A DNA stretch of 64,000 nt from Acidimicrobiia bacterium. Its GTDB lineage: Bacteria; Actinomycetota; Acidimicrobiia; Acidimicrobiales; Aldehydirespiratoraceae. This document shows, piece after piece, positions 21,181 through 32,058 of this stretch. A program made the translations under genes and the position numbers. The stretch is from positions 3,797 through 67,796 of the forward strand of contig QIIW01000082.1 of assembly GCA_003231645.1 (NCBI GenBank). Direction: 5' to 3'. The notes beneath the pieces were generated by a model. It was not told the DNA's origin. It ran no database searches and was given only the letters and a program-made list of their open reading frames with translations. Numbering within the stretch: position 1 is the stretch's first letter; each line of letters opens with the position of its first letter.

Positions 21181-21786
21181 ATGTTGGACCACGTATTCAC
21201 GGACGCAATCGGTGCGCTACGGGACGCGTTCGAGATCGCCCTGCTCGAACGTCAGGCCTTCGAGGAGCACTTCCAAACCGACGTGTTGCTGGGCGATCTC
21301 ACGTGGCAGACCTCCTACGGCCTCCCCGGGGAAGGCCTCCCACCACGTGTGCAAGCCGATATCACATGCATCTGGCCCACTTGGTCACAGACCGCCTACA
21401 GGAGTTGGTACGTCGACGAGGAACTCGGAGAGTCGCCGACGATCGAGATCGACATCGTTCTGCGATTGCAGCGGTTGGTCGACCCACCCGACCCGAGTCA
21501 GGTACTGGCCGTACTGCCCGCCCACAGTCCCAGAATCGGACGCGATCGACTGGTGCGCATCGGCCCGACCGTCGAGTCGATCCATTCCGACGACCTGACG
21601 GAGTGCGAGTACGCGATCGAGATCTCCTACGAAGGTGTCTACGAAATCGATGAGGCGTGCCTCGCCGACGGGTCCGCTCTCGACCAGCACTTCGGGAGTC
21701 TCGGCGGCTGGATTGCGTCCACACTGGTGAAGGCGGGCGACCTCGATCTCGCTCACGTGCCGGCGGGTGACGATCCTTTGTCGTGA
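21181..21786 (+). CDS. Hypothetical acidic cytoplasmic protein
   Basis: Clean high-GC3 ORF co-oriented with its neighbours, with a TAGTCT hexamer upstream; no family recognised. Confidence 0.75.
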   Translation: MLDHVFTDAIGALRDAFEIALLERQAFEEHFQTDVLLGDLTWQTSYGLPGEGLPPRVQADITCIWPTWSQTAYRSWYVDEELGESPTIEIDIVLRLQRLVDPPDPSQVLAVLPAHSPRIGRDRLVRIGPTVESIHSDDLTECEYAIEISYEGVYEIDEACLADGSALDQHFGSLGGWIASTLVKAGDLDLAHVPAGDDPLS

Positions 21787-21800
21787 TCCACCCGCAAGGC

Positions 21801-22174
21801 TCACGCCAAGCCGCGCCTGGCCTTGAGCAGGTCGTCGAACTCTCGCTCGCGTCCCTCGGCCCTGGCCGAGTACACCGCCATCATGTCGAGCGACTGCAAC
21901 GTGCCGGTCTGCCAGGTGGCGATGTGGCGCGCAGAGTCGGCGACGGTGTGATCGCGAGTATGGATGACCATCTCCTTGGTGCCGCTGACGTCCGGAGGTG
22001 ATTTCGATGCGATCTCGGCCGCCCGGGCCGCAGACATACGACGACCTGTGTGGGCGAGCTCACGCACGATCCCCGCCAGAACTCCGGAATCATGGAGTTG
22101 AGCTCGTCGGGGCGTGACAGCCTCAGATGTCCAACCCCGCCGGCCTCGTCGATCTCGAAACAGATGTATCCCGT
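21801..22174 (-). pseudogene. Enoyl-CoA hydratase/crotonase remnant with two internal deletions
   Basis: Three fragments: GYICFEID..HLRLSRPDELNSMIPEFWR, then (frameshift) GIVRELAHTGRRMSA, then AAEIASKSP..GTKEM..RDHTVADS..IATW. ACG sits where an ATG start would be expected. Confidence 0.75.
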
Positions 22175-22182
22175 GGGGCGAA

Positions 22183-23160
22183 TCAGTGGATCAGAGAGGA
22201 CAAGCTCTGTCGCGGGCGAGCACCGATGTGGGATATCACCTCGGCCGCCGCCAGTCCGCCGAGACGGGCGCACTGCTCAGGATCGGCGCCGTGGGAGATT
22301 CCGTAGAGGAAACCGGCGGCATACAGATCGCCGGCACCGGTGGCGTCGACGACACGATCGACCTCGGCCGCCGGAACCATCCACGTGTCGTCGCCGGCCA
22401 CCACCACGGAGCCTGATGCGGATCGGGTGAGTGCCGACACCTCGACCATGTCGCGGATCCAGCGGGACGCCGCGGCAAAGTCGTCGGTCCGGAAAAGAGA
22501 GCAGATCTCGGCCTCGTTGGCAAAGACCAGGTCGACTCTGTCGGTGAGAAGGTCGAGCCATTCGTCGCGGTGGCGGTCGACGCAGAACGAGTCGGAGAGC
22601 GTGAGCGAAACCTTGCGACCGCCGGCGTGGGCGATGTCCATCGCTCGGCGCATGGCAGCCTTGGCGACCTCGGCATCCCACAGGTAGCCCTCGCAGTAGG
22701 TGACTGCCGCCGAGGCCACGACCTCCTCGTCGACGTCGTCGGGCGCGAGATCGACCGACTTGCCGAGAAACGTGTTCATGGTGCGTTCCGCGTCGGGTGT
22801 GACCTGGATGAGGCAGCGGGCCGTTGGCGGGCCGTCGGTGCCGGGCACGACGTCGAAGGCCACACCGGCCGCCCTCAGATCGTGAACGAATACCGCGCCA
22901 AGCTGATCGTCGCGGACCTTGCCCACGTAGGCGGCGCGGCCACCGAGACTAACGAGCCCCACGACCGTGTTGGCGGCCGATCCGCCGGAACTCTCGATCC
23001 CGGGTGGCATCAGCTCATAGAGCGACGTGGCACGGTCGGCGTCGATGAGGGTCATGGCCCCCTTCACCAGTCCGTGGTCGTCAATGAACCCGGCGGTCAC
23101 GGTCGAGATGACATCAACGATCGCGTTTCCGATGCCGACGACATCGATTTGCGGTTCCAC
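22183..23160 (-). CDS. PfkB family adenosine kinase
   Basis: GIGNAIVDV, SGGSAANT, ERTMNTFLG, EGYLWD, LSDSFCV, FANEAE and DATGAGDLYAAGFL. Confidence 0.9.
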   Translation of the reverse strand: MEPQIDVVGIGNAIVDVISTVTAGFIDDHGLVKGAMTLIDADRATSLYELMPPGIESSGGSAANTVVGLVSLGGRAAYVGKVRDDQLGAVFVHDLRAAGVAFDVVPGTDGPPTARCLIQVTPDAERTMNTFLGKSVDLAPDDVDEEVVASAAVTYCEGYLWDAEVAKAAMRRAMDIAHAGGRKVSLTLSDSFCVDRHRDEWLDLLTDRVDLVFANEAEICSLFRTDDFAAASRWIRDMVEVSALTRSASGSVVVAGDDTWMVPAAEVDRVVDATGAGDLYAAGFLYGISHGADPEQCARLGGLAAAEVISHIGARPRQSLSSLIH

Positions 23161-23217
23161 GGCTGGCTCCCGGGTCGATTCAGAGACGCGAGGACCCTAG
23201 CGCTGTCGGGCCGATAT

Positions 23218-23240
23218 CGGTGGGTACCCGCGACCCACCG
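23218..23240 (-). terminator. GC-rich hairpin just downstream of a small minus-strand ORF
   Basis: cggtgggt-acccgcg-acccaccg, 8-bp stem, no U-tract. Confidence 0.35.
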
Positions 23241-23243
23241 GTT

Positions 23244-23381
23244 TCAGGCCGCGTGACGTTCGTCTCGACCGACGGCGATCGCCTCGGCAAATGACTGGTC
23301 ATCGATGTCGAACCCCGAGTCGGGCCACTCGATCGAATCGATCGACTCGCGCTCGCCGACGAACATTTCACGACTTCGCAT
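23244..23381 (-). CDS. Putative small acidic protein (45 aa; start uncertain, 23387 or 23429 also possible)
   Basis: MRSREMFVGERESIDSIEWPDSGFDIDDQSFAEAIAVGRDERHAA; fills an otherwise empty 400-bp gap, followed by a hairpin and preceded by an AT-richer region. Confidence 0.4.
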   Translation of the reverse strand: MRSREMFVGERESIDSIEWPDSGFDIDDQSFAEAIAVGRDERHAA

Positions 23382-23569
23382 GGGCACACCCACTTTCGAA
23401 TCGTCGGATTTTTCGCTTCCGGCCTCCATAGAAGCGCAAATTCGTGTTACACGGGTGTCATTTGCTTTACGTTCCGGTGTCAAGTCGGGTCTCGGCGAGC
23501 CGACCGCCGCGATCTGCGCCGGATTTACGGCGCTAGCCTGCTTCGAGCCGACGACTGGAAGCTGTGCCC

Positions 23570-26104
23570 ATGACCGTGCGTGACGCCGCAACCGACCCCC
23601 GGCTTCCCTCCGGTGTTTCCCCTCGCCACTACGAAATAGAACTCCGCCTCGACATCGCCACGACATCATTCACAGGCCGTGTGACCATCGAGATCGACTG
23701 TGGGCGGGTTACCGACGAGATCGTCTGCAATGCCGCCGATCTCGCGGTATCCGAACTCACCCTCGAGGTCGACGGCGTCTCATCGAGCCCGCGGTTCCGT
23801 CTCGATGCCGACACCGAACGCCTCCACGTCCATACCGACGAGTCTCTACCCGCCGGCCCGGCCAGGCTCATGATCGAGTTCAGCGGCACCCTCAACAACA
23901 TGCTCAGGGGCTTCTACCGATCGACCTACATCGACCGCGATGGCGCCGAGCAGGTCATGGCCGCCACCCAGTTCCAGTCGACCGACGCCAGACGCGCCTT
24001 CCCCTGCTGGGATGAACCCGCCTACAAGGCCACCTTCCAGTCCACCCTCGTGGTTGACCCCGATCACCTGGCGGTGTCCAACACCGCGATCGTGTCGGAC
24101 ACCATCGACGTCGATGGTCTGCGGCGCGTGCGGTTCGCCCCGACGATGCCGATGTCGACCTACCTGGTCGCCTTCGTGGTCGGGCCACTCGAGGCCACCG
24201 ATCCGATCGATGTCGGCGGAGTGCCGGTGCGAGTCGTCCACCGGCCCGGTCAGGGCCATCTCACGGGATTCGCCCTCGAAGTCGCCCGCCACGCCCTCGC
24301 TTTCTACGAGGACTACTACGACATCGCCTATCCATCCGACAAACTCGACCTCGTGGCCGTTCCCGACTTCGCGTTCGGGGCGATGGAAAACCTCGGTTGC
24401 GTCACGTTCCGTGAGGTCCTGCTTCTGGTCGACCCCGAAGGTGCCAGCCAACCCGAACGACAGAGGGTGGCTGACGTGATCAACCACGAACTGGCCCACA
24501 TGTGGTTTGGTGACCTGGTCACCATGAAGTGGTGGGAGGGCATATGGCTCAACGAGGCCTTCGCCACTTTCATGGAAACCGCCTGCTCCGACCACTTCCG
24601 CCCCGACTGGGGTGTGTGGACCACGTTCGGCCGGGCACGTGCCGCTGCGTTCGACACCGACGCCCTTCGTGCCACGCGGCCAATCGAGTACCCGGTCGTC
24701 TCGCCCGAGCAGGCCGAGGCGATGTTCGACATCCTCACCTACGAAAAGGGAGCGTCCACCGTCCGCATGCTCGAGCAATACCTGGGAGAGACGGCGTTCC
24801 GCGACGGGGTCCGCCACTATCTGCGCACCCACTCCCACTCCAACGCCGACACCGGTGACCTGTGGGAATCTCTCGAGCATGTCACCGGTGAACCCGTCGG
24901 CCGGATCATGCGGAGCTGGATCTTCCAGGGTGGGTATCCCCTGGTGAGCGTCGACGGGACCTCCCACGGCGTGAGGTTGAGCCAAGCCCGCTTCACTCTC
25001 GATCCGGAAGCCGGCGATGAACGCCGGTGGAACATCCCGCTCCGGATCCGCGCCAGCGCCGACAAGACATCGTCGGCTCGAAGCGTTCTCCTCGACACGG
25101 CTTCGATCCAACTCACCGGCCCCGACCACGACATCGTCACCGCCAACGCCGACGGCTCCGGGTTCTACAGGGTCGAACTCGACCCGGTGATGCTCGAGCG
25201 GATCTGCGCCGGTGGCGGTGAAGACCTCAACGCCCCCGAGCGGCATGCACTGGTTGATGATGCCTGGGCCCTCACCCTGGCCGGGCGACTCGACGCCGCC
25301 TCCTACCTCGCTCTGGCCGAAAGCTTCGCGTCCGACCCCGACCTCACCGTCTGGCAGGCGCTCTCCGTCGGATTCGCCGGACTCACCCATTTCATCGATA
25401 CCCCCACCGAGTCCGCCCTCAGGACCAGGATCGCCGAAGTCGTACGGCCCGCCGCCGACACGCTCGGTACCCAGCCGCCCAAGGGCGACAGCGACCGCAC
25501 CCGCGAACTGCGTGCCACCCTCATACGCCTGATGGGCACCGTCGGAAACGATTCCGCCACGATCGCCGAATGTCGACGCCTGATCGATCACCCCGACCCC
25601 ACCATCGCGGCCGCGGCATTGTTCGTCGTTGCCCACCACGGCGACAACGACGACTTCCGACGCATTCGCGACGCGTGGCAGAACGCCGACGACCCCCAGA
25701 GCGAGCAACGAAACCTGCGATCTCTCGCCGACTTCCCCGATGCCCGGTTGGTCGGCTCCATCCTCGCTGACACGATCAACGGTGGCGTAAGAAGCCAGGA
25801 CGGCCCCTATCTGATCCGACGTGCTCTCATCAACCGGCACGCCGGCTTGGCCACCTGGGCCTTCGTGGAGCACAACTGGGGTGCCATCAACGAGACCTTC
25901 CCGAGCAACTCGATCTCACGAATGCTCGAAGGAATCGTCGCCCTCGACACCCCCGACGACGCCCGACGAGTAGCCGAATTTCTCGCGGCCCACCCGGTGC
26001 CTCAAGGTGAGAAGCCGATCGCTCAACACCTCGAGAGCCAGCAGATCAACGTTGCCGCCCGTCAGCGCGAGACAGAGCGCTTCTCGGCGTGGATCGCGTC
26101 ATGA
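23570..26104 (+). CDS. M1 family aminopeptidase with ERAP1-like C-terminal domain
   Basis: TQFQSTDARRAFPCWDEP, GAMEN, HELAHMWFGD..WLNEAFA (HExxH-x18-E) and YEKGAS. Confidence 0.95.
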   Translation: MTVRDAATDPRLPSGVSPRHYEIELRLDIATTSFTGRVTIEIDCGRVTDEIVCNAADLAVSELTLEVDGVSSSPRFRLDADTERLHVHTDESLPAGPARLMIEFSGTLNNMLRGFYRSTYIDRDGAEQVMAATQFQSTDARRAFPCWDEPAYKATFQSTLVVDPDHLAVSNTAIVSDTIDVDGLRRVRFAPTMPMSTYLVAFVVGPLEATDPIDVGGVPVRVVHRPGQGHLTGFALEVARHALAFYEDYYDIAYPSDKLDLVAVPDFAFGAMENLGCVTFREVLLLVDPEGASQPERQRVADVINHELAHMWFGDLVTMKWWEGIWLNEAFATFMETACSDHFRPDWGVWTTFGRARAAAFDTDALRATRPIEYPVVSPEQAEAMFDILTYEKGASTVRMLEQYLGETAFRDGVRHYLRTHSHSNADTGDLWESLEHVTGEPVGRIMRSWIFQGGYPLVSVDGTSHGVRLSQARFTLDPEAGDERRWNIPLRIRASADKTSSARSVLLDTASIQLTGPDHDIVTANADGSGFYRVELDPVMLERICAGGGEDLNAPERHALVDDAWALTLAGRLDAASYLALAESFASDPDLTVWQALSVGFAGLTHFIDTPTESALRTRIAEVVRPAADTLGTQPPKGDSDRTRELRATLIRLMGTVGNDSATIAECRRLIDHPDPTIAAAALFVVAHHGDNDDFRRIRDAWQNADDPQSEQRNLRSLADFPDARLVGSILADTINGGVRSQDGPYLIRRALINRHAGLATWAFVEHNWGAINETFPSNSISRMLEGIVALDTPDDARRVAEFLAAHPVPQGEKPIAQHLESQQINVAARQRETERFSAWIAS

Positions 26105-26145
26105 CGCCCGCTCACACTCCGGGTCCTCTCGGCCGATAGCACACC

Positions 26146-27393
26146 GTGGCCTTCACCCTCCCGTTCACGGCACTACCTGCGATCGAAGTATTCGCCGTCG
26201 ATCACGATGGCGCCCAGATCGCCTGGCGTGGTCTCCCGGCCGGAGTCCTCGCCGCCGTGGTCGGCGACAAGGAGATGCTGCTCGGTGAGGCCGGCCGCCC
26301 CGGCGTCGGGGAGATCCGCGGGCTGGCCGCCGGGTCGTCTCATCGTGTCGATCTCTACGTCGGGCGGATACTCACCAGCCGACTCACGATCGACATCCCG
26401 CCAAGGCTTCCCGGGCGTCTTCTCTTGAAGATCGCGACCATCAGCGACATGCACCTCGGCGAGGAGACGTTCGGACTCACCAGAACGATGCGCGACCGGA
26501 CCGAGGCGACCGACCATTATCCGCTCCGCTGCACGCTGGCCGCGGTTCGCGAAGCGAAGTCGTGGGGGGCCCAGTTGATCGTGTTCAAGGGCGACATCAC
26601 CCAATCCGGCCAGCCGGTCCACTGGGACCTGTTCGACCGTGTCCTCGATGAACTCGACGTGCCGATCATGGCGGTGCCCGGCAACCACGACGTGGTCGGG
26701 ATCAAAGGTTCGATCGACCATCGTCGAGCGCTTGAACTTCGCGGGCTCGACAGCCACGAAGTCCAGATCCGTGACCACGGCGCCACCCGGGTGATCGCCG
26801 TCGACTCCACGATCCCCAGGAAGGGGTCAGGCACCTTCCACGGACGATTCGACGCACTGATGTCGGCGGTCGACACCGACCAACGCGTTCTCATGTTCAC
26901 CCACCACCACTTCGAATACACCCCCGTCCGCTATTTCTGGCCACCGGGAGTTCGTTCGACCGAGTCGGCCGGAGTCCTGGAAGCGTTGGCCGGCGTGAAT
27001 CCCGACATCCTCATCTCGTCGGGGCACACCCATCGGAACCGCTCACGCACCACTGCCGGCCTGTTGGTGACCGAGGTCGGATCGGTGAAGGATCACCCAG
27101 GCGTGTGGGCCGGCTACGAGGTCCATCAGGGTGGGGTTCGCCAGACCGTCAGACGAGTCGCCGAGCCATCCTGCGTCGAGTGGACCGACCGCACCAGCAC
27201 GGCAGTGGTCGGTGTGTGGGGCCGCTGGTCACCCGGTTCGATCGACCAGCGCTCGGTGAGTCATCTGTGGACGAGAGCCCCGAGGGGCGAACCATCGCCG
27301 GCATCGGAACCCGACGTGTCGGCCGGCCACCGTGCCGTGGCCGGAGGGTCGCAGGACAACCGAACCGGGCAGCCGAAGCCGAGAGCCGGCTAG
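26146..27393 (+). CDS. Calcineurin-like metallophosphoesterase with N-terminal extension
   Basis: SDMH, KGDIT, PGNHD, THHH and SGHTH motifs. Confidence 0.85.
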   Translation: MAFTLPFTALPAIEVFAVDHDGAQIAWRGLPAGVLAAVVGDKEMLLGEAGRPGVGEIRGLAAGSSHRVDLYVGRILTSRLTIDIPPRLPGRLLLKIATISDMHLGEETFGLTRTMRDRTEATDHYPLRCTLAAVREAKSWGAQLIVFKGDITQSGQPVHWDLFDRVLDELDVPIMAVPGNHDVVGIKGSIDHRRALELRGLDSHEVQIRDHGATRVIAVDSTIPRKGSGTFHGRFDALMSAVDTDQRVLMFTHHHFEYTPVRYFWPPGVRSTESAGVLEALAGVNPDILISSGHTHRNRSRTTAGLLVTEVGSVKDHPGVWAGYEVHQGGVRQTVRRVAEPSCVEWTDRTSTAVVGVWGRWSPGSIDQRSVSHLWTRAPRGEPSPASEPDVSAGHRAVAGGSQDNRTGQPKPRAG

Positions 27394-27848
27394 CCCTGAG
27401 TGATGAGCCCGGCCATCTCCACCGCGGCCAGCGCCGCGTCGGATCCCTTGTTGCCCGACTTGGTGCCGGCACGCTCCACGGCTTGATCAATCGTGTCGGT
27501 GGTCAACACACCGAAGATCACCGGTACGCCCGTGTCGATGCCTGCGGCCGCGATTCCCGATGCGGCCTGCGAGCACACGTAGTCGAAATGAGGGGTCGCT
27601 CCCCTGATCACCGCCCCCAGGCAGATAACGGCGTCAACTCCCGACCCGGCTCTCAGCTTGGCCACCATCGGCAACTCGAACGCACCCGGAACCCAGGTGA
27701 GGTCGATGTCGTCGTCACCGACACCGAGTCGCATGAGCATGTCGTGGGCGCCGTAAACGAGCTCACGCACGATCGCGTCGTTGAAGCGGGCAGCAACGAT
27801 GCTGACCCGCAGCCCCGATCCGTGGAGGGTGTTGTGTCGCTCGATCAT
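27390..27848 (-). CDS. ribH: 6,7-dimethyl-8-ribityllumazine synthase
   Basis: [27 protein letters not shown] and NKGSDAA. Confidence 0.97.
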   Translation of the reverse strand: MIERHNTLHGSGLRVSIVAARFNDAIVRELVYGAHDMLMRLGVGDDDIDLTWVPGAFELPMVAKLRAGSGVDAVICLGAVIRGATPHFDYVCSQAASGIAAAGIDTGVPVIFGVLTTDTIDQAVERAGTKSGNKGSDAALAAVEMAGLITQG

Positions 27849-29083
27849 GAGATCTCCGATTCGTGGGCATCGGACGGCTGGATGTGCAGGTCGTGGCCCA
27901 TACGATTGCGCTTGGTCTCGAGGTATCGAATGTTCTCCGGGTTGGGATCTATCTCGATCGGCACCCGCTCGGTGATCTCGAGGCCATAGCCTTCGAGCCC
28001 GCCGAACTTGGTCGGGTTGTTGGTCATCAGCCTCATGGCACTGACCCCGAGGTCGGCCAGAATGTTGGCACCCACGCCATATTCGCGAGAATCCACGGGG
28101 AGGCCCTGAGCCGAGTTCGCGTCGACCGTGTCGAGCCCGTCATCCTGAAGCGCGTAGGCACGGATCTTGTGGGCTATGCCGATGCCGCGGCCCTCATGGC
28201 CGCGCAGGTAGACGAGCACACCCCTTCCCTCCTCACCGATGCGCTGGAGGGCAAGCTGTAGTTGCGGCCCACAATCACAACGGGTGGACGCCAGGATGTC
28301 GCCGGTGAGACATTCGCTGTGGACTCTGACCAACGGCGGTTCGCCACCATCGACATCGCCCATCACGTAGGCCACATGCTCGACGCCATCGAGAACGGAC
28401 CGGTAGGCGTGGGCCATGAACTCGCCGTAGGCGGTAGGGATACGAGCGGCCGCGAAGTGCTGAACCAGTTTCTCGCTGCGGCGACGGTAGCGGATCAGAT
28501 CGGCGATCGAGATGAGTGACAGGCCGTGCTCGTCGGCGAACCTGCGGCAGTCGGGCAACCGCATCATCGTTCCGTCCTCGTTGACGATTTCGCAGAGCAC
28601 CCCCACCTCGGGCCGACCGCTCATGTGACACAGGTCGACCGCGGCTTCGGTGTGGCCCGCCCGCTTGAGCACTCCACCGGGGCGGGCCCTCAACGGGAAG
28701 ATGTGTCCGGGACGCGAGAACTCGCGAGGATCGGAATCGGAGTCGGCCAACGCCCGGACGGTGCGGCTGCGATCGCCGGCCGAGATGCCGGTGGAGTTGC
28801 CGGCGATCAGATCAACCGTGACGGTGAAGGCCGTGCGGTGCGATTCGGTGTTCTCGTTCACCATCAGCGGGAGCCTGAGACGATCGGCGGTCTCGTCGCG
28901 CATGGGGGCACAGATGACGCCACTCGTGTAGCGGATCATCAGCGCCATCTTTTCCTCGGTCATGGCATCGGCCGCGATGATCAGATCGCCTTCGTTCTCA
29001 CGGTCCTCGTCGTCGACGACCACGAGAAACTCACCGCGACGGAACGCGTCAAGCGCATCTTCGATGGGGTCGAGCTGGGTCAT
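27845..29083 (-). CDS. ribBA: Bifunctional DHBP synthase / GTP cyclohydrolase II
   Basis: [37 protein letters not shown] and TNNP. Confidence 0.97.
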   Translation of the reverse strand: MTQLDPIEDALDAFRRGEFLVVVDDEDRENEGDLIIAADAMTEEKMALMIRYTSGVICAPMRDETADRLRLPLMVNENTESHRTAFTVTVDLIAGNSTGISAGDRSRTVRALADSDSDPREFSRPGHIFPLRARPGGVLKRAGHTEAAVDLCHMSGRPEVGVLCEIVNEDGTMMRLPDCRRFADEHGLSLISIADLIRYRRRSEKLVQHFAAARIPTAYGEFMAHAYRSVLDGVEHVAYVMGDVDGGEPPLVRVHSECLTGDILASTRCDCGPQLQLALQRIGEEGRGVLVYLRGHEGRGIGIAHKIRAYALQDDGLDTVDANSAQGLPVDSREYGVGANILADLGVSAMRLMTNNPTKFGGLEGYGLEITERVPIEIDPNPENIRYLETKRNRMGHDLHIQPSDAHESEIS

Positions 29084-29691
29084 GGCTGCCCTCCTTGGAG
29101 AGTGGGCCGGATCAGGCGTTCGACGTACTTCGCCAGAACATCGGCTTCGATGTTGACCAGGTCGCCGGCGTGCCTGAGGCCGAGCACGGTCACCTCATGA
29201 GTGTGGGGAATGACCGCTGTGGAGAATGTGGTGGGCGTGATCGCCGTGACAGTGAGGCTAACCCCGTCGATCGCCACCGAGCCCTTCTCGACGATGTAGT
29301 CGGACAGAGAGCCGGGCAGCTCGAACTCGTAGAGCCAGGATCCGTCCGGGAGCCCGTCGACGGACACCACCGCGGCCGTGGCGTCTATGTGCCCTTGTAC
29401 TACGTGGCCACCGAATCTTCCGGCGGCCGACAACGGCCGCTCGAGATTGACCCGATCGCCGGGGCCGAGTCGGCCGATGTTGGTCCGGCTGAGGGTTTCC
29501 GGGACGGCATCGGCCGCCCACCATCCGTCGCCCATGTCGACCACGGTGAGGCAGCAGCCGTTGACGGCCATCGACGACCCGATCTCGACATCGGCGAGAA
29601 CGACCTCGGCACCGACCTCGACACGCGCCCCGCCCCCACTGGGGACCAGGCCACGAATGGTTCCCATCTCTTCCACGATCCCTGTGAACAT
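29080..29691 (-). CDS. ribE: Riboflavin synthase (alpha chain)
   Basis: MFTGIVEE, NGCCLTV, GGHVVQGHID and KGSVAIDGVSLT. Confidence 0.96.
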   Translation of the reverse strand: MFTGIVEEMGTIRGLVPSGGGARVEVGAEVVLADVEIGSSMAVNGCCLTVVDMGDGWWAADAVPETLSRTNIGRLGPGDRVNLERPLSAAGRFGGHVVQGHIDATAAVVSVDGLPDGSWLYEFELPGSLSDYIVEKGSVAIDGVSLTVTAITPTTFSTAVIPHTHEVTVLGLRHAGDLVNIEADVLAKYVERLIRPTLQGGQP

Positions 29692-29753
29692 TCCCGGAAC
29701 ACTTCCTGTCATCTAGACGATCGAGTCGATGCCGAACTCGGCCGGAGCGCAAT

Positions 29754-30701
29754 TCACGCCACACCCAACGCCCGGCGGGCCGCGTCGACATCGGTCTTCA
29801 GTTGGGCCACCAATTGATCGACGCCCTCGAACTTCCGCTCGCTGCGGAGAAACACCGTGAACACGACCGACATGGTCTCACCGTAGAGGTCACCGTCGAA
29901 ATCGATGACATGGACCTCGAGCAGCGACTGGCCGGCGTCGTCGTAGAACGTGGGTCGCCGGCCGATGTTGATCGCGCACGGATGGCACGAGCCGTCCTCT
30001 CGGGTGCACCAGCCGGCATAGACCCCGTCGGCCGGCCAGGCCATCAGCATCGGAACCGGGATGTTGGCGGTGGGAAAGCCGATCGCCCACCCACGCCGGT
30101 CCCCGTGCTGCACCTCGCCCCGAACTTCATAAGGTCGGCCCAGCATGGCGGCGGCCCGCTTCACGTCGCCACCGGCCAGGGCTCGGCGGATTGCCGTTGA
30201 CGACACCGGCTCGCCGGCATCGGCGTCGTGTCGGATCAGCTCGAGCGGGTAGACCTCGAACCCCCATATCTCACCGAGGCGCGCCAACTCCTCGACGTTG
30301 CCGCTCCGGCCCTTGCCAAAGTGGAAGTCCTCTCCGACCACGACAGCCTTGGCGTGGAGAGCATCGAAAAACACCTGCTCAACGAACTTGTCGGGCGGCG
30401 TTGCCGCCCGCGCTTCGTCGAACTCGATCACGTACGCATAGTCGATGCCCTGGGCCGCGATGAGTTCGAGTTTCTGATCGAGCGTGGTGAGCAGCCGCGG
30501 TGCACTCTGAGGCCGCACGACGTGCGCTGGGTGCGAATCGAAGGTGACGACCGCCGAGGCGACGCCAAGACGATCGGCGACCTGGCGGACGCAGCGGAAC
30601 ACTTCCTGATGCCCCAGATGGACGCCGTCGAACACCCCGATGGTGGCGGCGACCGCCAGCGACGAAGGCAGGTGGTCCAGCTGATCATGGAGAGTTTCCA
30701 C
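29754..30701 (-). CDS. ribF: Bifunctional riboflavin kinase / FAD synthetase
   Basis: GVFDGVHLGH, GEDFHFG, SSTAIR, GFPTAN, NIGRRPTF and LRSERKF. Confidence 0.96.
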   Translation of the reverse strand: METLHDQLDHLPSSLAVAATIGVFDGVHLGHQEVFRCVRQVADRLGVASAVVTFDSHPAHVVRPQSAPRLLTTLDQKLELIAAQGIDYAYVIEFDEARAATPPDKFVEQVFFDALHAKAVVVGEDFHFGKGRSGNVEELARLGEIWGFEVYPLELIRHDADAGEPVSSTAIRRALAGGDVKRAAAMLGRPYEVRGEVQHGDRRGWAIGFPTANIPVPMLMAWPADGVYAGWCTREDGSCHPCAINIGRRPTFYDDAGQSLLEVHVIDFDGDLYGETMSVVFTVFLRSERKFEGVDQLVAQLKTDVDAARRALGVA

Positions 30702-30761
30702 TCGCGAGAACCTCCGTTGTCCCGTCGGGAACGCTATCGCCGAGGGCCATCGGCCCGTCGC

Positions 30762-31646
30762 TCAGCGAGGTATCACCACCATCGGCTTGAGCCCACGCGG
30801 ATGGCGCTCGTAGACGGCCAAGAGTCCTCCCGACGCTTCGAACACCGCCCACGGCCCGGCCGCCCCGTGCACCCCCAGCCTCTCCGGGGACAGGACACGA
30901 CCGTGACCGACCTCGATCGCCACATCATCGTTGACGGTGACCGCCGCGAGATGCCGAACGGCAACCGACACCGGAAGCAGGCTTGGAGTCTCCATCTGGT
31001 CGGCCCCGGCCAGCGTGAAACTGCCGACGGCCGTGCGGCGAAGATTACGAAGATGCGCCCCACCACCGAGGGCGACCCCGAGGTCGGCGGCGAGAGAACG
31101 GACATATGTCCCCGATGAGCAATCAACCTCGCAGCGCCACACACCCGCGTCCTCCGCGACCGGGGCGACCTCGAATCGGTGGACGGTGACCGGGCGGGGC
31201 GGTCGCTCGATCACCTTGCCCTCGCGGGCGAGTTCGTGGAGCCTGCGGCCCCCGATCTTCACCGCCGACACCATGGGTGGAATCTGTTGTATCGGACCGG
31301 TCAGCGCGGCTACCGCCGACCTCACGTCCTCGTCGCTGATCGCGGACATGTCGTGGGTGGCCGTGACCTCGCCTGATGCGTCGAGCGTGTCGGTCTCGGT
31401 GCCGAGGACGATCTCGCCGACGTAGGACTTTGGGAGTTCGGTCATGAATCGGAGCAGACGGGTCGCCTTGCCCACACCGAGGACGAGAACCCCCGTGGCA
31501 TCGGGGTCGAGGGTGCCGGAGTGACCGACCCGGCGCGTCCCGAGGATCCCTCGGCTCTTGGCCACCACATCGTGGCTGGTCCATCCGGCCGGCTTGTCGA
31601 TGACGACCACGCCATCGACACCGGGGTCAGGTCCTCGTCTCGCCAT
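30762..31646 (-). CDS. truB: tRNA pseudouridine(55) synthase
   Basis: DKPAGWTSHDVV, GHSGTLDPDATG, QIPPMVSAVK and CSSGTYVRSLA. Confidence 0.96.
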   Translation of the reverse strand: MARRGPDPGVDGVVVIDKPAGWTSHDVVAKSRGILGTRRVGHSGTLDPDATGVLVLGVGKATRLLRFMTELPKSYVGEIVLGTETDTLDASGEVTATHDMSAISDEDVRSAVAALTGPIQQIPPMVSAVKIGGRRLHELAREGKVIERPPRPVTVHRFEVAPVAEDAGVWRCEVDCSSGTYVRSLAADLGVALGGGAHLRNLRRTAVGSFTLAGADQMETPSLLPVSVAVRHLAAVTVNDDVAIEVGHGRVLSPERLGVHGAAGPWAVFEASGGLLAVYERHPRGLKPMVVIPR

Positions 31647-32016
31647 CGACTGGACCGCGCAGCAGCTCTTCGATTCGTTCGGCCGAGCGAAGCGTGTCGT
31701 CGGGACGGAATCGCAGCTCCGGAACACGACGCAGCCGTGTCTGGGCCCCAACCTCACGACGAAGGCGCCGCGTGTGCTCCTCAAAGGCCTCGATCACGTT
31801 CGGATCGCCGTCACCGTCGAGGGTCGTGAACCAGATCACCGCCCGAAAAAGGTCACGGTCGACCGTGACCCCGGTGATCGAGGTCAGCGCGAGGCGTTCG
31901 TCGTCGATCTGCTCGAGTTCCTCGGCAACGATACGCCGGATCAGCCCACCGACCCGCGCCGACCGGTTGGCCGACTGCGGATTGGCCGCATGCCTGGATC
32001 TTCCGTGTCGTGGCAT
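31627..32016 (-). CDS. rbfA: Ribosome-binding factor A
   Basis: LRRVPELRFRPD motif; lies between infB and truB. Confidence 0.9.
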   Translation of the reverse strand: MPRHGRSRHAANPQSANRSARVGGLIRRIVAEELEQIDDERLALTSITGVTVDRDLFRAVIWFTTLDGDGDPNVIEAFEEHTRRLRREVGAQTRLRRVPELRFRPDDTLRSAERIEELLRGPVDGETRT

Positions 32017-32058
32017 CAGACCTCCGCGAAGCCATACCGGCGAACCGGCCGGGCCGGA

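Noticed and set aside
29692-29753. FMN riboswitch upstream of ribE
   Set aside because: Only 62 bp are available and no RFN consensus is visible.
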